Shown here in pieces: positions 57,067 through 64,000 of a stretch of DNA of 64,000 nucleotides (its first letter is position 1; the number at the start of each line of letters is the position of its first letter). Position numbers and translations under genes: made by a program. This DNA is from the human T2T-CHM13v2.0 reference genome, Homo sapiens, in assembly GCF_009914755.1 (NCBI RefSeq), contig NC_060947.1; one strand, written 5' to 3'. Below the pieces are notes generated by a model that did not search any database, had not been told where the DNA came from, and worked only from the letters and a program-made list of their open reading frames with translations.

Positions 57067-57626
57067 TTATTGTGCAACACATTCTGTGAAAGCCACTTAC
57101 TAGTAAGGCTAACATGCCCTTAACAATGGTGTGGAACAGTCAATATTTCCAATTATTAGAAGTATTTTTTTTTTTTGCATTGAGAGGTATCAGAAGGTTC
57201 CATTTACTTTGTATGCACCCCTCCCCCGCCATCTGCTTTATAAAACAGTAGCATTGTGGTCTTCAATTCAGAAACATGTATTGGGCACCTACTACGTGCC
57301 AGGAAAAAGACACAGGACATTCCCTCTATGGGAAGACAAAATCCTTTAATTTTTAGCAGGAAGTGATAAGAACTTAAATGGAGAGTACAATAGTTTCAAT
57401 ATCCCCTCTAAAACCAATACTGAAATTTAATTGCCATTGTGATGGTATTAAGAGGTGGAAACTTTAAGAGGTGATTATGTCATGTGTGCTATGGCCCCAT
57501 AAATGAACTAATGCTGTTATAACAGGAATGGGTTACTTAAGGCAGAAGTGTGCTCCTGATAAAAGGATGAGTTTGGCCCAATTTCCTTTCTCTGTCTCAC
57601 ACACACGTTTTCTCAGCATGTGATGC

Positions 57627-58056
57627 TGCTATAGTTTGGGTATGGTTTGTTTGTCCCCACTAAATCTCATATTAAAATTTCATCCCCAGTATGGTGGTGT
57701 TGTAAGATGGGGCCTAGTAGAAGGTATTTGGGGTATGGAAGTAGATCCCTCTTGAATAGAGTAATGCTGTCCCTGGGGGGTGAGTTATTACTCTACTGGT
57801 TCCCAAGAGAGCTGGTTGTTATAAATAGCCTGGCACCTCTTCCCCTTCTCTTCCTTCCTCTCTCACCATGTGATCTCTGCAGACGCCTGTTCTGCTGCTT
57901 CTTCCATGAGTGGAAGCACTCTGAGACCTTCACCAGATGTAGATACCAGTGCCATGCTTCTTGTTCAGGCAGAACTCTGAGCCAAATAAACCTCTTTTCT
58001 TTACAAATTAACCAGCCTCAGGTATTCCATATAGCAACACAAAATGGACTAAGGCA
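57627..58056 (+). mobile_element. MSTB-type solo LTR nested in the older MST LTR
   Basis: tgctatagtttgg...atagcaacacaaaatggactaaggca. 5-bp TSD gatgc at 57622-57626 and 58057-58061. Confidence 0.88.
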
Positions 58057-58122
58057 GATGCTTTCTGCCATTTTTTGACTCAGCAAGAAGGTCCTCACAA
58101 GATGCAGCCACTCAATCTTTGA

Positions 58123-58505
<383 letters not shown>

Positions 58506-59123
58506 TAACAACAGAAAACAAATAAAAACAGAAAATGGGTAATAAAGACGGGAATGTTGTTATAACAAATTCCTAAAACTGTGGAAGTAGCTTTGGAACT
58601 GGGTAATGGGCAGAGGCTGGAACAATTTGGAGGAACAGGCTAGAGAAAGCCTAGATGGCTGTGAATAGAATGTTAAGGGGGATTCTGGTGAAGGCTCAAA
58701 AGAAGAGGAGAGCTATAGGAGAAGTTCAAATCTTCTTAGAGATTACTTAAGTGATTATGATCAGAATGTTGACAGAAATAGGGAAAGTAAAGACCCTTCT
58801 GAGGATGTCTCAGAGAGAAATGAGAAACAAAGTACTGGAAACTGGAGTAAAGACCATCCTTGTTATATAATTTTAAAAAACTTGGCAGGATTGTGCACGT
58901 GTCCTAGAACTTTATAGAATGCATAATTTAAGAGTGGTGAATCTGGCTGAAGAAATATCTAAGCAGTATAGCATTCAAGCTATTGCTTGGCAACTTTTAA
59001 CCACATACAGTGAGATGTAAGAGAAAAGAAATTACTTAAAGATAAAATTTATAATTAAAATAGAGAAGCAGAACAGAAAAGTTTGGAAAATTTGCAACCT
59101 GGCCATGTAAAGAGTGAAAAGGG

Positions 59124-59124
59124 G

Positions 59125-59167
<43 letters not shown>
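59124..59167. repeat. (GT)n microsatellite
   Basis: gtgtgt run inside the MST internal region. Confidence 0.95.
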
Positions 59168-59170
<3 letters not shown>

Positions 59171-60104
59171 AAGCTATCTCCTACAGTAGGAGAAAAGGTG
59201 TGTTTAGGAGAGCAAATCAAAGGTATTGCCAAGCAACCATTTGCTAAAGAGATTATCATAAATGAAGGGAGCAGGTGCTACTTGTCAAGACAATGGGAGA
59301 AATATCCTGAAGGCATTTCAAAGATCTCGAAGATCTTTGAGGCTGCCCCTCTCATCAAAGTCCAAGAGCACCAGTGGGGCAGAATGGTTTTGGGTGAAGG
59401 GCTTAGGGCATCTTCCATGGACTCTCTGCCTAAGGATGCCTTGGGTCTATTCTCCCCACATTCCAGCACAGTGTCCCCTGGCCAACCCAGCTGTGGCCCA
59501 AGTGAGCTCAGGTGCAGCTCAACCTGTTGCTCCAGAACGTACAAGCCATACATGTTAGCAGCATCCATGTGACGCTAATTGTTCAGGTGTGTGGAAGGCA
59601 GGAGCTGTGTAGAGATGGCTTCCTCCACTTATATTTCAAAGGATGTTGTGGACTGCCTGGGGGCTTAATTAGAAACTTGTCACAGGGGTGGAGCCACCAC
59701 AGAGAGACTACTAGGGCAATGACTAGAGGAGCCATGGGAGAAAGGCAACCTCAGAGAATCAAGAACTATGGGGCCACAAGTGGGCAACTCCATACTGGGA
59801 AAGCTACAGGCATGAGACTCCAAATTGTGAGAGCTGCTGGGTAGACTGGGCCCAGAAAAGCCATAGAGGCAGAACGTTCTGGGACCTTGGGGGCCCAATC
59901 CCAACCTCAGTGTATCCAAGAAGTGAGACATGGAGTCAAAGGAGATTATTCTCCAGCTTTAAATTTAATGATGTTTTCCCTGCTGGGTTTGGGAATTATT
60001 TGAAACAACTAACCCTTCCTGCCTATTTCTCCATTTTAGAATAGGAATATATATTCTATTCCTGTCCTTCCATTGTATGTTGTTATTTTTTCCTTGCTAT
60101 TCCA

Positions 60105-63100
60105 TTTCTTTTTTTTTTTAACTTTTATTTTAAGTTCAAGGGAACAATTGTAGGTTTTTTACGTAGGTAAATTTGTGTCATGAGGGTTTGTTTTACAGAT
60201 TATTTCATCATTCAGGTACTAAGCCAAGTACCCATTAGTTATTTTTGCTGATCCTCTCCCTCCTCCTACCCTCCACCTTCTGAAATGCGCCAGTATGTGC
60301 TGTTCCCTCTATGTGTCCATGTGTTCTCATAATTTAGCTCCCACTTATAAGTGAGAACATGCAGTATTTAGTATTTGGTTTTCTGCTCCTGTGTTAGTTT
60401 GCTAAGGATAATGGCCTCCAGCTCCATCCATGTTCCTGCAAAGGAGAGGATCTCATTTTTTATGGTTGAATAGTATTCCATGGTGTATATATACCACATT
60501 TTCTTTATCCAGTCTATCATTCTGTCTTTGCTATTGTGAATAGTGCTGCAATGAACATACACATGAATGTGTCTTTATAATAGATTGATTTATACTCCTT
60601 TCAGTATATATCCAGTAATGGGATTGTTGAGTTGAATGGTATTTCTGTTTTAGGTCTCTGAGAAATTGCCACATTGTCTTCCACAGTGGCTAAACTAATT
60701 TACACTCCCACCAACAGTGCATAAGTGTTCCTTTTTCTCCACAACCTTGCCAGCATCAGGTATTTTTTGACTTTTTAATAATAGCCATTCTGACTGGTGT
60801 GACATGGTATCTCATTGTAGTTTTGATTTGCATTACTCTAATGACCAGTGATGTTGATTTTTTTTTCATTTGATTATTGGTCACATGTATGTCTTCTTTG
60901 GAAAAGTATCTGTTGATGTCCTTTACCCACTTTTTAATAGGGTTGTTTGTTTTTATTCTTGTAAATTTGTTTAAGTACCTTATAGATGCTGGATGTCGAC
61001 CTTTGTCAGATGCATGTCTTGCCAAAATTGTCTCCCATTCTGTAGGTTGTCTGTTTAGTCTTTTGATAGCTTATTTTGCTGTGCAAAACCTCTTTAGTTT
61101 AATTAGATTCCATTTGTCAATTTTTGCTTCTGTCACTATTGCTTTTGGCATCTTCATAATAAAATCTTTGCCCATGCCTATATCCTGAATGATATTGCCT
61201 AGGTTTTCTTCTAGGGTTTTTATAGTTTTGGATTTTACATTTAAGTCTTTAATCCTTCTTCAGTTGATTTTTGTATATGGTGTAAGAAAAGGTTCCAGTT
61301 TCAAACTTCTGCATATGGCTAGTCATTTATCCCGGCACAATTTATTGAATAGTGACTCCTTCCTCCATTGCTTGTTTTAGTCAGGTTTGTCAATGATCAG
61401 ATAGTTATAGGTGTGCAGACTTATTACTGGGCTCTCTATTCTGTTCCATTGGTCTACGTGTCTATTTTTGTACCAGTACCATGTGGTTTTGGTTACTGTA
61501 GTCCTGTAGTATATAGCTTGAAGTCAGGTAGCATGATGCCTCCTACTTTGTTCTTTTTGCTTAGGATTGCCTTGGCTATTCAAGATCTTTGTAGGTTCCA
61601 TATGAATTTTAAAATAGTTTCTAGTTCTATAAATAATGTCAATGGTAGTTTAATAGGAATGGCACTGAATCTATAAATTGCTTTGGGCAATAAGGCCATT
61701 TTAACAATATTGATTCTTCCTGTCCATGAGCATGGAATGTTTCTCCCTTTGTTTGTGTCATCTCCGATTTCTTTGAGCAGTGTTTTGTGATTCTTATTGC
61801 AGAGATCTTTCACGTCAGTCATTAGCTATATTCCTAGATATTTTATTCTTTTTGTGGCAATTGTGAATGGGAGTTCATTCCTGATTTGGCTTTCGGCTTG
61901 ACTGTTGGTGTACAGGAATGCTAGTGAATTTTGCACACTGATTTTGTATCCTGAGACTTTGCTGAAGTTTCTTATCAGCTTAAAAAGCTTTTGAGCTGAG
62001 ACTAGGGTTTTCTAGATAAAGGATCATGTCATCTGCTAACAGGGATAATTTGACTTCCTCTCCTCCTATGTGGAGGTGCTTTATTTTTTCTCTCTTCACT
62101 GATTGCTCTGGCCGAGACGTCCAATACTACGTTGAATAAGAGTTGTGACAGAGGGCATCCTTGTCTTGTGCTGGTTATCAAGGGGAGTGTTTTTAGCTTT
62201 TGCCCATTCAGTATAATGTTGTCAGTGGCTTTGTTATAGATGGTTTTTATTATTTTGTGGTATATTCCTTTGATACCTAGGTTACTGAGAGTTTTTAACA
62301 TAAATCAATGCTGAATTTTATTGAAAGCCTTTTATGCATCCATTGAGATAATCATGTGGTTTTTGTCTTTAGTTCTGTTTATGTGATGAATCACATTTAT
62401 TGATTTGTGTATGCTGAACCAACCTTGCATCCCAGATATAAAGCCTACTTGATCATGGTGGATTAACTTTTTGATGTGCTTGCTGGATTTGGCTTGCCAG
62501 TATTTTCTTGAGGATTTTTGTGTTGAGGATATTGGCCTGAAGTTTTCTTTTTTGTTGTATCTCTGCCAGGTTTTGGTATCAGGATAATGCTGGCCTCACA
62601 GAATGAGTTAAGGATGAATCCCTTGTTTTCAATTTTTTGGAACATTTTCAGTAGGAATGGTACCAGCTCTTCTTTGTACAACTGGTAGAATTCAGCTGTG
62701 AATCCCTCTGGTCCTGGACTTTTATCAGTTGGTAGACTATCTATTAATGCCTCAATTTCGGAACCTGCTATTGGTCTGTTAAGGGATTCAGTTTCTTCCT
62801 AATTCAGTCTTGGGAGGGTGTATGTGTCCAGGAATTTATCCATTTCTTCTAGGGTTTCTGGTTTGTGTGCAAAGAAGTGTTCATCCTATTCTCTGATAGT
62901 TGTTTGCATTTCTATGGGGTCAGTGGTAATATCCCTCTTGTCATTTCTGATTGTGTTTATTTTAATCTTCTCTTTCCTTCTTTATTAGTCTAACTAGCAG
63001 TCTATTTTATTTACTTATTTTTTTTCAAAAAAAAAACAAAACAGCTCCTGGATGGAGTGATCGTTTGAATGGTTTTTCATGTTTCTATCTCCTTCAGTTA

Positions 63101-64000
63101 AGCTCTGATTTTGGTTATTTCTTGTCTTCTACTAGCTTCTGGATTTGTTTGCTCTTGGTTCTCTAGTTCTTTTAGTTGTGATGTTAGGCTGTTAACTAGA
63201 GATCTTTGTATCACTCTGATGTGGACATCTAATGCTATAAATTTACCTCTTACCACTGCTTTAGCTGTGTCCCAGAGATTCTGGTACATTGTATCTTTGT
63301 TCTCATTAGTTTCAATGAACTTCTTGATTTCTGCCTAAATTTTATTATTTACCCCAAAGTCATTCAGGATCAGGTTATTCAATTTCCATGTAATTATATG
63401 GTTTTCAGTGAATTTCTTAGTCTTGATTTCAAATTTGATTGTGCTATGGTCCAAGAGGCTGTTTGTTATAATTGCAGTTATTTTCCATTTGCTGAGGAGT
63501 GTTTCACTTCTGATTACGTGATCAATTTTAGACTAAGTGCCATGTAGTGATGAGAACGTATATTCTATTGTTTTGAGTTGGAGAGTTCTGTAGATATCTA
63601 TTAGGTCCATTTGATCCAGTGATGATTTCAGGTCCTGAATATCTGTGTTAATTCTCTGTGCCAGTGATCTAATGTTGTCAGTGGGTTATTAAAGTCTCCC
63701 ACTGTTATTGTGTGAGAGTCTAAGTCTCTTTGAAGGTCTCTAAGAACTTGTTTTATGAATCTGGGTCCTCCTGTGTTGGGTGCATAAATATTTAGGATAG
63801 TTAGATCTTCTTGTCCAACTGAACCCTTTACCATTATGCGATGCGGATTTTTGTTTTGTTTTGTTTTTTGATCTTCATTGGGTAAAGTCTGTTTTGTCAG
63901 AAACTAGGATTGCAACCTCTACTTTTTCTGTTTTCCATATCCTTGGTAGATTTTCCTCCATCCCTTTATTTTTGAGCCTGTGTATGTCACTGCATGTGAG
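60105..64000 (-). mobile_element. Older L1PA (PA13-16-type) 3'UTR and fragmented ORF2, continuing past the window end
   Basis: T tail; 3'UTR acagattatttcatc...aggtactaagcc; many ORF2 fragments in the track from 60368 to 63834. Confidence 0.92.

Noticed and set aside
59032-59931. Cluster of 75-152 aa ORFs
   Set aside because: They lie in degenerate MST internal sequence and a (GT)n repeat, with no conserved coding signal.

Overview
This is a primate, human-like, AT-rich window dominated by retroelements. No intact host protein-coding gene is recognisable, and almost every ORF in the track comes from L1 or Alu or is chance. Main contents: a full-length young L1 (L1PA2/3-type, +, ~6.5-12.8 kb); a complete MaLR provirus (MLT1A-type, -, 15765-18855) with its 5-bp TSD and three nested insertions; a full-length L1PA8-type element (-, 24.5-31.0 kb); a processed TPM2 pseudogene (34.7-35.65 kb); a 5'-truncated L1PA5-type element whose ORF2 is still open for 1177 codons; five Alus; MER2/MER30/MER58/Charlie DNA transposons; MLT1C, MER61 and MST LTRs; MIR/L2 relics; and an older L1PA running off the right edge. 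The most unusual structure is the young L1, which is 'double-headed': a 136-bp L1 promoter head, a 130-bp ancient L1M spacer and a complete L1 all lie inside one target-site duplication (GAAAAGGTG), suggesting they moved as one unit. Also of note are several inverted repeats likely made by template switching (including a ~91-nt pre-miRNA-like hairpin in an LTR) and a candidate 18-nt microexon. Subfamily names rest on consensus sequences recalled from memory and need RepeatMasker/Dfam confirmation.
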